Notes under the pieces: generated by a model
What the model saw: only the letters and a program-made list of their open reading frames with translations
Told to the model about the DNA's origin: nothing
Databases searched by the model: none
Shown: positions 51,901 to 61,349 of the stretch, one piece after another
How the letters are laid out: every line of letters starts with the position of its first letter
Numbering within the stretch: position 1 is the first letter of the stretch
Assembly: GCA_963691875.1 (NCBI GenBank)
Contig: OY829846.1
Location: 4,288,001 to 4,352,000 of the forward strand
Direction of reading: 5' to 3'
DNA from: Aureliella sp.
GTDB lineage: Bacteria; Planctomycetota; Planctomycetia; Pirellulales; Pirellulaceae
DNA length: 64,000 nucleotides
Program-made: the position numbers and the translations under genes

Positions 51901-53043
51901 GTAACAAACGTACCGGCACAGTCACTGCTGATGATCAACAATCCGCGTGTGCGAGGTCTGGCTCGAACTCTTGCAGAACGGACCGCAGGCGAGTCTGACG
52001 AGGCGGTCCGCGTTGCCAAGATGTGGGCAGCTGCGTTCAATCGACCACCCTCGGCTGATGAGTCTATGGCGATGCTGAAGTTCGTCCATGGCTTGCAGGC
52101 TGGCTACGAAACGCAGCAGCTGCAATTGAAGAGGCTTCAGGAACAGTCCGAGCAAATACGACCGCAGCTCGCCAACATCCTGAATCCGATTCGCCAGCGA
52201 CTGCAACGCGAGTTAGACCTGGGAACTGTGCCACTGTTGGATTTGAAGCCAGCCGCCGAATGGCACTTTGACTCCGCCGACAAGGGAGATCGCTTCCCGA
52301 CTCAGCTCAGGGGCAATGCAAAGATTCAAGACGGGGTTCTTGTTCTCGACGGTAACAGCTGGGGCGAAACAAAGAACTTGGGGCTGGATCTGAAAGAGAA
52401 GACACTTGAAGTCCTAGTAAGCCTTTCTAACCTCAATCAAAAAGGTGGCGGGGCGATGACCGTGCAAGACTCGCCGGGCGTCATTTTTGATTCGATCGTT
52501 TTTGCCGAGCGCGCGAATCGCGAATGGATGGCGGGCAGTAATAATTTTGCCCGCACTCAGGACTTTGGTGGAGCCCAAGAACGAGAAGCTAAAGAGAAGC
52601 CCGTGCACATCGTGATCACCTATGCCAAGGACGGGACTATCACTTGTTATCGCGATGGTCAGCTTTACGGTCGCCCTTACAAGTCCGCACTGCAGGCCTT
52701 CTCTGGTGCCAAAACGATGGTGGTGTTTGGGCTTCGGCATGGTCGCGGTGCTGGTGGTGGACGTATGCTGAGCGGGGCCATACATGAAGCAAAACTTTAC
52801 GACCGTGCCCTATCTGCCGACGAGGTGGCAGGTGCCGCGGCAATGGCGAATAAGTCGATCAGTCGTAAGCAGGTTTTGGCAGCACTTTCTGCGAAAGAGC
52901 GAGAAGAGGTTGCACTGCTGGAATCGCAGCTACAGCAGGTTGGGGCGCAAATCAAAGCGTTCAAAGTGCCCGCGGAGGCCGAAGAATGGACGGACTTGTC
53001 TCACTCGCTGTTCAACATGAAGGAATTCTTGTATGTCCGTTAA
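49000..53043 (+). CDS. Planctomycete cytochrome-c DUF1549/DUF1553 (PSD1) protein with LamG-like lectin domain
   Basis: [74 protein letters not shown]; LamG-like HIVITY...LYDRALS. Confidence 0.9.
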   Translation: MHTLPYDNLLCFSRNYRRWTASVLILFALISSYSLADEKSTGEELEFFESRIRPVLVEHCYQCHNSRETAEAEVRLDFREGLRESLTQDGDKYSTSESTLLQAIRHEIQGSEMPEGGPKLDDAVVADFEKWLEMGAPDPRADPPSMKELSALTSWETQLANRKQWWSFQPIRRPALPEVNEPDWQAPVDRFILSEMHKQHLSPSLQADPATLIRRVYFALIGLPPPYDKVQSFLQNPSNKAFEAIVAELLESKHFGERWARHWMDWVRYAESHGSEGDPRLVGAELYRDYLIRALNEDVPYDQLLMEHVAGDLLPNPRVNSELQINESLIGTAHWRMVFHGFAPTDALDEKVRFTDDAINTFSKAFLGLTVSCARCHNHKFDAISQADYYAMFGILASTRPGRAAIDLPEKQNRHKERLAELKTEIRAALAKGWQQRLHATEQRLSAKDRNLMGALTGIKWKSETSTADYWRRLEEAFGAYQNQEEQFEASEKAVSWDLAAKKDYRSWFTHGAGLADSPALAGSFVVTTSGDQILKQVLPGGAYSHLLSDKHAARLESADFKLDGKYRVWLQVAGEGKAMSRYVVQNYPRNGTVFPVTEHRSRDWRWQNYDVKYWEGDDVHIELTTANDAPLLVKNQDRSWFGLRRVAVTAIDQAGPPSQDMSWLKPIIESAGEGGPKDPTELARLLTGVIEEAVEAWQAGEATDSQALLLDRCIVEQVLPNDLKQLPELGDLLIRYRELESDVPVATRVPTLSEWQAKDSPLFARGDHRQPETAVPRRFLEAIDDSPYRTRQSGRLELARDLLRADNPFTSRVIVNRVWHHLFGAGIVETTDNVGRLGSQPSHPELLDYLADRFRKEDRWSLKSLIRQIVLSETWQQASAPSTAAQANDPANRYLSHANVRRLEAEAIRDALLSAADSLDDSLFGRPVGGESNRRSVYVNVIRNRLDPFLTTFDAPVPFSTKGRRDVTNVPAQSLLMINNPRVRGLARTLAERTAGESDEAVRVAKMWAAAFNRPPSADESMAMLKFVHGLQAGYETQQLQLKRLQEQSEQIRPQLANILNPIRQRLQRELDLGTVPLLDLKPAAEWHFDSADKGDRFPTQLRGNAKIQDGVLVLDGNSWGETKNLGLDLKEKTLEVLVSLSNLNQKGGGAMTVQDSPGVIFDSIVFAERANREWMAGSNNFARTQDFGGAQEREAKEKPVHIVITYAKDGTITCYRDGQLYGRPYKSALQAFSGAKTMVVFGLRHGRGAGGGRMLSGAIHEAKLYDRALSADEVAGAAAMANKSISRKQVLAALSAKEREEVALLESQLQQVGAQIKAFKVPAEAEEWTDLSHSLFNMKEFLYVR

Positions 53044-54469
53044 CCCCCACTCTTGTCAGCAGCAAGTAACACGTCGTAAGCTCCTCCAGACCTGCTCGAG
53101 TGGATTTGGGTTGGTGGCACTATCAGGCTTGCTTGAACGGCATGCGGTAGCCTCGGAAGTCAAGACAGATCGCTGGCTGCGCTATACGTCCAAAGCCAAG
53201 AACGTCATTCTCTGCTACATGTCTGGTGGCGTGTCTCAGGTTGATTCCTTTGATCCGAAGCCAAAGCTCAAAGAACTGCACGGCAAGCCTATGCCCGTCA
53301 AAGTTGAGCGGACGCAGTTTAATCGCAATGGGCAGGTCTTCGCTAGTCCCTTCAAATTTGAAAAGCACGGCGAGGGCGGTTTAGAAGTAAGTGAAATTTT
53401 TCCGCACTTGGCCAGCTGCTCTGATCACCTCGCCGTCGTGCGATCGATGACGACCAATGTCAACGAACACGCACAAGGCAACTTTGTCATGCACACTGGC
53501 TTTCCGTTTCTGGGACATCCCAGCGCAGGAGCTTGGGCCAGCTATGGGCTTGGTTCTGCCAATGACAATTTGCCGAGCTATGTGGTTCTGCAAAGTGGTG
53601 GGGCTGTTCCGCCACACGGAGGAGTCGGGCTATTCAGCAATGGTTTTCTACCAGGCCAACATCAAGCTTCGATTCTGAAGGCAGATACTCCTGAGGCAGT
53701 GCCCAACGTAAAGCCTGTTCAAGCCCTTGGCTTGCAACGCCAGCGTCTCGACTTCGTGAAACAGTTAGATGCATCCTTTGCTGCCAAGGCTCAGGATGCC
53801 CATGTCGACGCAGCGATCAAGAACTACGAGACGGCATTTAGGATGCAGAGCTCAATTCCTGAGATCTGCGACATCAGCAGCGAGTCGCAAGCCACCCGTG
53901 ATCTGTATGGACTCGACGATCCGAAACCGCGCAAAGCTGCTTATGCTCGGCAAGCTCTCCTGGCCCGTAAGTTGATCGAACGAGGCGTTCGCTTCGTGGA
54001 GCTTTCGGTGCTGACTCAAGGCATCGGAGCGGGCGGAGCAGCCAACCCATGGGATCAGCATGGCGACTTGGAGAAAGGCCACCGAGCCATGGCTTATCAG
54101 GTCGATCAACCTATCGCAGGGCTGATCAAGGACCTCGATCAGCGAGGTCTGCTGGACGAAACGCTCATTGTGTTCACAGGCGAGTTTGGCCGCACTCCGT
54201 TTTCTCAAGGCTCCAATGGCCGGGACCACAATCCTTTCGGTTTTAGCGTTTGGATGGCTGGCGGCGGTATCCAAGGTGGCCAAGCGATAGGGGCGACCGA
54301 TGAACTGGGTTATCACGTCGTCGAAAAGCCCTTTACGATCTACGATATGTGGGCAACTGTCCTACATCAGCTGGGTATCGATCACGAAGCGTTGACTTAT
54401 CGCTCCGGCGGTCGGGACTTCAGACTCACTGACGTGTTCGGCAATGTCATTGAAGAAATTGTAAGTTAG
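53033..54469 (+). CDS. DUF1501-family Tat-exported protein
   Basis: [33 protein letters not shown] and GRDHNP. Confidence 0.92.
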   Translation: MSVNPHSCQQQVTRRKLLQTCSSGFGLVALSGLLERHAVASEVKTDRWLRYTSKAKNVILCYMSGGVSQVDSFDPKPKLKELHGKPMPVKVERTQFNRNGQVFASPFKFEKHGEGGLEVSEIFPHLASCSDHLAVVRSMTTNVNEHAQGNFVMHTGFPFLGHPSAGAWASYGLGSANDNLPSYVVLQSGGAVPPHGGVGLFSNGFLPGQHQASILKADTPEAVPNVKPVQALGLQRQRLDFVKQLDASFAAKAQDAHVDAAIKNYETAFRMQSSIPEICDISSESQATRDLYGLDDPKPRKAAYARQALLARKLIERGVRFVELSVLTQGIGAGGAANPWDQHGDLEKGHRAMAYQVDQPIAGLIKDLDQRGLLDETLIVFTGEFGRTPFSQGSNGRDHNPFGFSVWMAGGGIQGGQAIGATDELGYHVVEKPFTIYDMWATVLHQLGIDHEALTYRSGGRDFRLTDVFGNVIEEIVS

Positions 54470-54485
54470 TGTTGGAGTGACGAGC

Positions 54486-54680
54486 ATGGACGATGACGCT
54501 AGCTACATCTGTGATTTCTGTGGCGAGGAAATCGTCATTCCCGTTGACGTCTCCGGAGGAGCGGACCAGAGTTATGTCGAGGATTGTCCTGTCTGCTGCA
54601 ATCCCAACCTCGTTCACATACAGCTTGATCCAGACGGACAAGTACGCTGTTGGGGAGAAGCTGAACAAGACCGGTACTGA
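54486..54680 (+). CDS. CPXCG-motif cysteine-rich small protein
   Basis: YICDFCGEEI...QSYVEDCPVCCNP. Confidence 0.85.
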   Translation: MDDDASYICDFCGEEIVIPVDVSGGADQSYVEDCPVCCNPNLVHIQLDPDGQVRCWGEAEQDRY

Positions 54681-54816
54681 AAAAGCTTAGCGTCAAATAT
54701 TTGTTCAACGCCCATCCGCGGGCGCCGGCTTTCTACAGAAGAAGCAAATTTCACGTTGCCTAGTCTTCGTTGAGGAGTCTAGTCTCGTGCCAGGGGCGTT
54801 AAGCTAGCAAAGGCGG

Positions 54817-55605
54817 TTACGGCGACATCTGATCGACAAAACCTTGTGCAAGACCGACAAACTTTTCATCGTCCAGCAGGTCCAAAGGCGCGTAACCTGG
54901 GTGCCTCGATTCTTTGTATGGGTCATTGCTCTTGGTGTTGTAGCAACAGATCAGAGACCATCGAGGATTGGGGCTAGTGTTTTGAGCCGAGCAGTGGAGC
55001 AGATTCCCATGGAAAAACAAAGCGTCGCCGGGATTCATTTCAACATGCAGTACCTCCATTCGCTGGAGAATAGCTTCAATGCGTTCAGGATCGGCTCCAG
55101 TCTGACCGCCAACCTTCATATGATTCATCCGACCGAGTTGGTGCGACCTCGGAACGACCTGCAGGCATCCATTCTCTCGCGTGGCGGGATCCACGGAAAT
55201 AAAGCAGCTTCCCATTGCCGGGAATAGGCAGCCGAAGTCATACCAATATCCGTAGTCTTGATGCCATTCCCAAGCGCCCCCGACAAGAGGCTCTTTGAGC
55301 ATCATTTTGTGGTGGTAGTGATAAACTTCATCACCCAGGAACGCACTCATGTTGTCAGCCACTCTCCGTGAGCGCACGACCGAGGCGTACAGGTTGTCCT
55401 CCAGGTCGTTGCTCAAGGACAGCGTGGTGGTTCCACCCGATGCATCGGAACGCGACGTTGCCTTGGAGTGAATTCGCTGGTCGGCTCGGGCGTAGGTCGA
55501 CAGTAACTCCATTTCCCGCGCGTCGAACAACTCCTTGACGATAAAAAAGCCTTGCGAGTGAAAAAGCTCAATGTCGGATCTGCTAGCTCGATACGGAGTC
55601 ATCAT
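54817..55605 (-). CDS. Phytanoyl-CoA dioxygenase (PhyH)-family Fe(II)/2-oxoglutarate hydroxylase
   Basis: KMMLKEP, WHQDYGYW, NGCLQVVPRSH and HGNLLHCS..N.S..R. Confidence 0.88.
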   Translation of the reverse strand: MMTPYRASRSDIELFHSQGFFIVKELFDAREMELLSTYARADQRIHSKATSRSDASGGTTTLSLSNDLEDNLYASVVRSRRVADNMSAFLGDEVYHYHHKMMLKEPLVGGAWEWHQDYGYWYDFGCLFPAMGSCFISVDPATRENGCLQVVPRSHQLGRMNHMKVGGQTGADPERIEAILQRMEVLHVEMNPGDALFFHGNLLHCSAQNTSPNPRWSLICCYNTKSNDPYKESRHPGYAPLDLLDDEKFVGLAQGFVDQMSP

Positions 55606-55783
55606 AAGGTCCTGAGGTAAGAAAGCTTCTTATCGCCTCCATTCTAAGGCTCTCCTCCCATTCGCGAAGTAGACGGGCTTGATACAAGCTGGGTCTTCAA
55701 CGAATTCACTCGTTGTCAGCCATCAGACGTTTTGTCGTCCTGCTAAAATGTGGCCCTCTAATTCCAAGGTGGAGACTGATCAG

Positions 55784-56996
55784 ATGAAGAACTCAATAAG
55801 TTTTGCGGTGTTGTTGCTGGCTGTTTTTTTCTTTCGCCCTACAGTCTGGCGCAACGCATCCAATTCAAGTCGCAGGAGTTATCGACCGAGCTTCGAGTTG
55901 GCTACGCCGTACGGGCTCTGGATTTTAATGGTGACGAAAAGTTAGACATTGCGATTGTGGATAGCAAACGCGTGCTTTGGTTGGAAAACCCGACTTGGAA
56001 AGAACACGTCATTTACTCCACACCGGACGCAAAGTTCGACAACGTCTGCTTTGCTCCGCATGATGTGAATGGAGATGGCAAGCTCGATTTGGCGCTGGGC
56101 GCAGACTGGCAGATTGCAACTCGGATTCCGGGGGGACGATCGGTTGGCTAGAGCAAACAGAAAGTGGGCCATGGACTTATCATGCGATTGCCTCTGAGCC
56201 AACGACGCATCGCATGCGTTGGGCTGATCTCGACAACAACGGCAAGCCTTGGTTGGTCGTCGCGCCGCTAAAAGGACGCGGGACGCGCGGACCAGGTTTT
56301 GAACAAACTGGAATTCGGCTGCTGGCTTTCCAGCCAAGCAAAGATCCGACCAAGTCATGGAAGCAGAAAATTATCACGGACAAGTTGCACGTGATGCACA
56401 ACTTTGAACCGACCGATTTGGATGGCGACAGCAAGTTGGACTTGGTCACAGCTAGCTTCGAAGGGGCAAGTTGGATCACCTTCCCATCTGGCCGGGGCGC
56501 TCAGGTGCGACGTGTTGGATCGGGGCAGGAGCAGCCTGCGCCCAAGAAGGGGTCCAGTGAGATCCGCCATGGCGAGTTGGCGGACGGCACAAGTTATCTC
56601 GCTACAGTTGAGCCATGGCATGGCGATAAGATTGTGGTTTACGTTGCACCGAAAGACTGGGCGCAATCAGAATTGCTTTGCCCGCGATACGTGCTGGACG
56701 AGGAATTGGCTTGGGGCCATGCTGTGGCCTGCGCGAACTTGGACGACGATCCAGATCAGGAATTGATCATTGGCGTTAGAGACGACAAGAAAGGCACCGA
56801 GCATCGTCGCGGCCTACGCATTTACGATCCGGGCAACGCATCAGAAGGTCGTTGGCAGCGGACTTTGGTGGATCCAGGCGGAGTCGCCATCGAAGACTTA
56901 ACCGTCGCCGACTTAGACACTGATGGGGATAACGACATCATCGCCGTCGGGCGTAAGACTCACAATGTGAAGATCTACTGGAATCAGCTGAAGTAG
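55784..56996 (+). pseudogene. FG-GAP/VCBS-repeat beta-propeller secreted protein broken by two -1 frameshifts
   Basis: The signal peptide frame ends at the T7 run (55824-55830). The next frame gives DFNGDEKLDI and DVNGDGKLDL. A third frame gives DLDNNGK, DLDGDSKLD, EPWHG and DLDTDGDND. Confidence 0.8.
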
Positions 56997-57350
56997 ATTG
57001 ACGTTTGGGATCACCTGCTGGTCGCTCAAGCAGCTTCATAATAAGAATTGATGGCAGCTTGTCCCGTGGAATTGGGATCGTTCTGATCGTCGGCTCCCAG
57101 GAAGTTCAGCCGTAGATCTGCAGCAGCTAGAGCGTAAGATTGTTTAGTGCAATGACGTAGTCGATTTCGCAAGTCATATTTTTTCCCGATGCACGAAAGC
57201 GTCTTGCAATCGTTCGACCAGCTCGTTTGCCACGTTGGAATCGAAGATTGGCGAGGTCGATGTTGGCGACTACTGGCGAGTCAAGCAGTTCATCCTTGTT
57301 CAACAGCTTCAAATGCGCTCGTCCTGCGGATCCAGAGTTTGTGCAGCCAT

Positions 57351-57390
57351 AAAAAAACGGACGTGAGCCACAAGGTGAAGCCCACGTCCG
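57351..57390 (-). terminator. Rho-independent terminator of the small structured element
   Basis: Minus strand reads CGGACGTGGGC-TTCACCTTGTG-GCTCACGTCCG-TTTTTTT. Confidence 0.85.
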
Positions 57391-57580
57391 CTGTCAGTTG
57401 CTCGTGCGATGGTGATCGACACGAGGAGGTTGACTGCCACTGGCAGCCCGCCGGCTGCCTATGGGGAATCAACCCCATGGCTGGTACAGCAATAACTCAC
57501 TCGATCACCTCCTTTCGTTACAGGGCCTGCCTTGTTCCAAACCGCCTGATTCAGCCGAGAGGGCTTGGCTCAAGGACTAA
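57351..57580 (-). ncRNA. Candidate small structured RNA / small-ORF transcript with extended SD (GAAAGGAGGTGATC) and 13-aa ORF MSYCCTSHGVDSP
   Basis: Four to five hairpins, a perfect 14-nt complement of the 16S 3' end at 57503-57516, GTG 57500 to TAG 57459, and its own terminator. No long ORF explains the region. Confidence 0.55.
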
Positions 57581-57815
57581 TCTGTCAATCGCGATGCGTT
57601 TTTCGCGATCCATGAAAGTGTCAGCTTTCGCCGACAATGTCAGTTTGTAACATTTTGGACCGTGAATCAAGAGATATGTTCACGCAAAAATTAACGCATA
57701 TGAACATTTGTGCAGTATCACTTTTCCAAAGGTGCTGCCAAAGCTTGTATCGATCGCAGGCGGCAATAGAGTCTCACCTAATGCTTTGAGTCCTAGCCTC
57801 TTCTTCGCTTGGCTC

Positions 57816-58243
57816 GTCAAACTGAGAACTTGCCCCTTTGGATGTTTCCATGCGTCTCACATCTTGCTGCTACTGATCGGGAAGCAGACAAACGCAGGAG
57901 TCATTTTCGGTTCCGGCTATGCTAACCTCGGAATCGGTCACCTCAAACTTGGAAACTTCGACTCATCTACAGGATTTTTTGGTACCACAGCAAACATCAT
58001 GACCCGCGAGGAGAATTCCCTCGCAGCAGGTATCGACAAGTCCGGAGGAAACTTGGCAGGAAGTGTTACCGGCGGAACATCCTTGTTCAGAGCCAAAGAC
58101 AATGGTTCAACCGTGATCGCTGTCGAATGCAGCAGCACCGCGATCTTGCCAGAACCATGCCAGAACCATCAACGCTAGCAATTTACAGCGTGATCTGCGT
58201 GGTATCTCGAAGCCTCCGTTGGAGGGGATCAAGGCCAAGCTGA
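57816..58243 (+). pseudogene. Degenerate PEP-CTERM sorting-domain protein
   Basis: Signal-like ILLLLIGKQTNAGVIF and a Gly/Ser/Thr-rich body. An 11-bp tandem duplication TGCCAGAACCA (58147-58157/58158-58168) shifts the frame; removing it gives LPEPSTLAIYSVICVVSRSLRWRGSRPS*. Start codon not evident. Confidence 0.6.
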
Positions 58244-58550
58244 AAGAAGCGTCGAGAAGGCCGTAGTTCGGATTCTTCCCAATCGGCAGGGTCAACCCAG
58301 ACTAAACGAGCGAAGAGCAGTCAATTTCCTTCATTCTCTGGCCTTTAAGATGCCGATTTTCATGCTGCATCAAGAAAGAGAAGGGATTTCTCCTCTTGAG
58401 TTGGACCAGGGAAGGTCTTCGCCAGCAAAGCGTGATAGAGCCTTCGAGTGCAAGTCTTTCTGCTTCTTGGAACACTGGACGTTTCCAAGCCGCAATCTGC
58501 CCCTGAGCCTCCTCGACTGAAGTGGATGAAACAGCCCAGGAGATGATTCC

Positions 58551-59438
58551 GTGCCAAGACTCTCAGTTATTGTTCCTTTCCGCGGGAACGATTCCGCTCT
58601 CGAAACAACCGTTCTTTCAGTCCTTGAGAATCGTACTCAGGATACGGAAGTGCTTGTAGTTCACGATGGCTCCTACTCCGATCCTTATGATCTGGCAGAG
58701 GAAGTTGTCTTAGTTGAAGCTAGGCCGGCTGAGACCGTAATTGGCTTACTGAACGAAGGCATCATGGCCGCATGTTCTCCGGTCGTAAATATCGTTCTTG
58801 ACGGTGTCGTGGTCTCAGAAGGCTGGCAGCGCGCCGCCCTCGAAGAGTTAGCGAGTGATGAAGAGCTTGCGGCGGTAGCGGTGGTTCAGCGAGTCGCGGG
58901 AAGCAAGCAGTTTGGCATCTCTGAATTTGCCTTGGATGATGTAGCCAGTTTGCGCTCTGAAGCAGGTGTGCTCAAAGAAGCTGGGCAAGCCTGTGCTGGG
59001 CCGCAGCTTGCATGCGGCTTTTATCGCAAGTCGACGTTACTCGCGCTGGATGGGCTGCGTTACCAGACGATCGAAGCAGCTCAGCTTGAATACGCATTCG
59101 CGCTCGCGGAGCTCGATCTCAGCACCCACTGCGATATGCTTACGACCGTCGACAGATCTGGCGCTGTTCGCAGTGATTCGAAAGAAGTACTGAGTGAAAT
59201 TGCTCAAGTCGCCGTGGACTACGAGGTCACCAGTGGTGGCTTTGTCGCATCGATCTTTCATTTATTGAGTGGCTTGCCATCCGGGTTGTCCAAAGCCAGA
59301 AGCTGGAGTCGCGGGATTGCACAGGGGCAACTCGACTTGCAACGGCGACGCATCGAGGCGGCGAGGCTCGCACTGGAAGAACGTCGGGAGCGATCTTCAG
59401 CTTCAGAGGGGGCTGCTCCGATTCGAAAAGCCGCTTAG
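58551..59438 (+). CDS. Glycosyltransferase family 2-like protein (degenerate motifs)
   Basis: RLSVIVP, EVLVVHDGSY and CGFYRK; AGGAG RBS before GTG. Confidence 0.65.
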   Translation: MPRLSVIVPFRGNDSALETTVLSVLENRTQDTEVLVVHDGSYSDPYDLAEEVVLVEARPAETVIGLLNEGIMAACSPVVNIVLDGVVVSEGWQRAALEELASDEELAAVAVVQRVAGSKQFGISEFALDDVASLRSEAGVLKEAGQACAGPQLACGFYRKSTLLALDGLRYQTIEAAQLEYAFALAELDLSTHCDMLTTVDRSGAVRSDSKEVLSEIAQVAVDYEVTSGGFVASIFHLLSGLPSGLSKARSWSRGIAQGQLDLQRRRIEAARLALEERRERSSASEGAAPIRKAA

Positions 59439-59565
59439 GTAACCGGCAGAAGAGCTTCTTCCGATGGATAGTGTATTCGCGCAAGAGAATACGCTTGAAA
59501 AAGGAACTTGGGCTGGCAGGTTCAGACTCGCCTTCTGCCTTGGAGTCGCATTGGCGATGCGGAGA

Positions 59566-60366
59566 CTAATTCTTGCCGTTGCGACGCGTTGTACTTCCGC
59601 GCTTCGTTCCGGCGCGATTGTTCCCTGCCGCGTCCTCGCCGAGTGGGCTGGCGGCTTCGACTTCCAGTAGTTCTACCTGTAGCATCGTGCTGCCCGCAGC
59701 ACGCGCCCCAGTAAGCTTTACTTTGTCGCCAAGCTTGAAGAACATAGCGTCGCCCGCTGCAACGCTAATCTTGGCGTCTGGCTTGAGCTCGACAATCACG
59801 GCCCGGTTGCCAGCTTGAATTCGCATCTTTTGCGCTTGCACTACACGGAGCTGCCCAACAACTACAAAGTTTTTCTCCGCTGCTTTGGCAACTCGTGTGG
59901 CAGCTTGCCGGGTGTTGCGAGGGCCTTTGTTTTCTTCCTGTTCATCTTTGAAGTCTGATGCAGGGTAAATGCCGGCTGTTTGTTTCTTTCGTTCCTCGGG
60001 TTGTAACATAGTGCTCGGGCTTGGCCGGAAGACCTCCAATTGCACGATTGGTGCGAGCGGTGTTCCTTGCTGAAGGTCAAAACCTGACTCAAAGCGGACC
60101 ATCATGCCGGGGCGAAGAAAATTGGCTGTGGCAGTCGCCTCGTATTGAATCCTCGAGCTTCGGCCCAAAACAGCGATCGTCTCCTTGCCGTTCTCCGATT
60201 TGATTTTGATGCGATCTCGAGCGATGCCTTCCAGAGTTCCTTCGACTTGAGAAATCTCGGGGCCGCGTCCACCCTGAGCCTGATTCGATCTGTTTCCAAC
60301 TTGTGCCCAGCAAACCGGATTCAGCGAGATTAGCAAGATTGCGGTGGCTAATGGACGAGTTTTCAT
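59566..60366 (-). CDS. Secreted hypothetical protein with two beta-rich (OB-like) repeats
   Basis: Signal peptide (CWA-Q) and basic C-terminal tail; no family recognised. Confidence 0.65.
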   Translation of the reverse strand: MKTRPLATAILLISLNPVCWAQVGNRSNQAQGGRGPEISQVEGTLEGIARDRIKIKSENGKETIAVLGRSSRIQYEATATANFLRPGMMVRFESGFDLQQGTPLAPIVQLEVFRPSPSTMLQPEERKKQTAGIYPASDFKDEQEENKGPRNTRQAATRVAKAAEKNFVVVGQLRVVQAQKMRIQAGNRAVIVELKPDAKISVAAGDAMFFKLGDKVKLTGARAAGSTMLQVELLEVEAASPLGEDAAGNNRAGTKRGSTTRRNGKN

Positions 60367-60525
60367 GATCGCAGCCTTATCGATCGGATGGGTACGCGTT
60401 AATCTAGCGAAAGCAAACGGTATCTTTGCGACCCGCTACCAGCTCGGATTATAGCCCAGGCTAGCCAAATGAACCTATGGCAGTTGTTGCAGTTTCAGGT
60501 TCCTTCGTCCGTTCGAAAGTCCAGA

Positions 60526-61323
60526 ATGTCCTCGCCGAAACCAGTGACCACAGCTTCATTTCAATCCATGAAGGAGAAGTCACAAAAGATCAGCATGCTC
60601 ACGGCCTATGACTACACTATGTCCGCGCTACTTGACCAAGCAGGTGTCGACGTCTTGCTGGTCGGCGATAGTCTCGGCATGGTCATTCAAGGCCAGAAGA
60701 CGACTATTCCAGTCACACTTGAAGAGATGATCTACCATGGCAAGTTAGTCGTTCGCGGGGCCGAACGAGCCATGGTGATGGTGGATCTGCCTTTCCCCCA
60801 TGGTCAGCTTGGCGTCATGAAAACCCTGGAAGTGGCTGCCAAAGTGCTGAAGGAAACGGGTTGCCAGTCGATCAAACTCGAAGGCGGCGTTGAGCAAGCG
60901 GAGACGATTCACGCCTTGGCCGCGGCTGGTATCCCTGTCATGGCCCACGTTGGCCTGCGGCCGCAGAGCGTCCATCAAATCGGTGGCTACCGCGTCCAAC
61001 GTGATGAAGATCGACTCAGGAACGATGCCATGGCGGCTCAAGATGCAGGCGCTTTCGGCATTCTGATGGAGTGCGTTCCAGCGGATCTTGCCACCAAGCT
61101 TACCCAAGAGCTACGCGTTCCTACGATCGGAATCGGCGCCGGACCAAGCTGCGATGGCCAAGTCTTGGTGACGCACGACTTGCTTGGTCTGACCATTGGT
61201 CGCGTTCCCAAATTCGTGCGACAAACCTGCAACCTGGCCGAGCAAATCCAGTCCGCCGTCGGCGAGTATAATGAGTCTGTCCGAGCGGGTACGTTTCCAG
61301 CCGCGGATGAGTCCTTTCAATAG
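60526..61323 (+). CDS. panB: 3-methyl-2-oxobutanoate hydroxymethyltransferase
   Basis: MLTAYDY, LLVGDSLG, KLEGG, HVGLRPQ and IGIGAG..CDGQVLV. Confidence 0.96.
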   Translation: MSSPKPVTTASFQSMKEKSQKISMLTAYDYTMSALLDQAGVDVLLVGDSLGMVIQGQKTTIPVTLEEMIYHGKLVVRGAERAMVMVDLPFPHGQLGVMKTLEVAAKVLKETGCQSIKLEGGVEQAETIHALAAAGIPVMAHVGLRPQSVHQIGGYRVQRDEDRLRNDAMAAQDAGAFGILMECVPADLATKLTQELRVPTIGIGAGPSCDGQVLVTHDLLGLTIGRVPKFVRQTCNLAEQIQSAVGEYNESVRAGTFPAADESFQ

Positions 61324-61349
61324 TCCTTCCACCCTCCGAAGATCGAGTC

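Noticed and set aside
57503..57516. GATCACCTCCTTTC as a 16S rRNA 3'-end fragment
   Set aside because: The flanks do not resemble 16S (no GCGGCTG or helix 45 upstream). It is better explained as an extended SD on the minus strand.
57600..57660. GAAA-capped hairpin as a c-di-GMP riboswitch
   Set aside because: It lacks the GCAAA/GGACGCAAAGC context and the second conserved stem.
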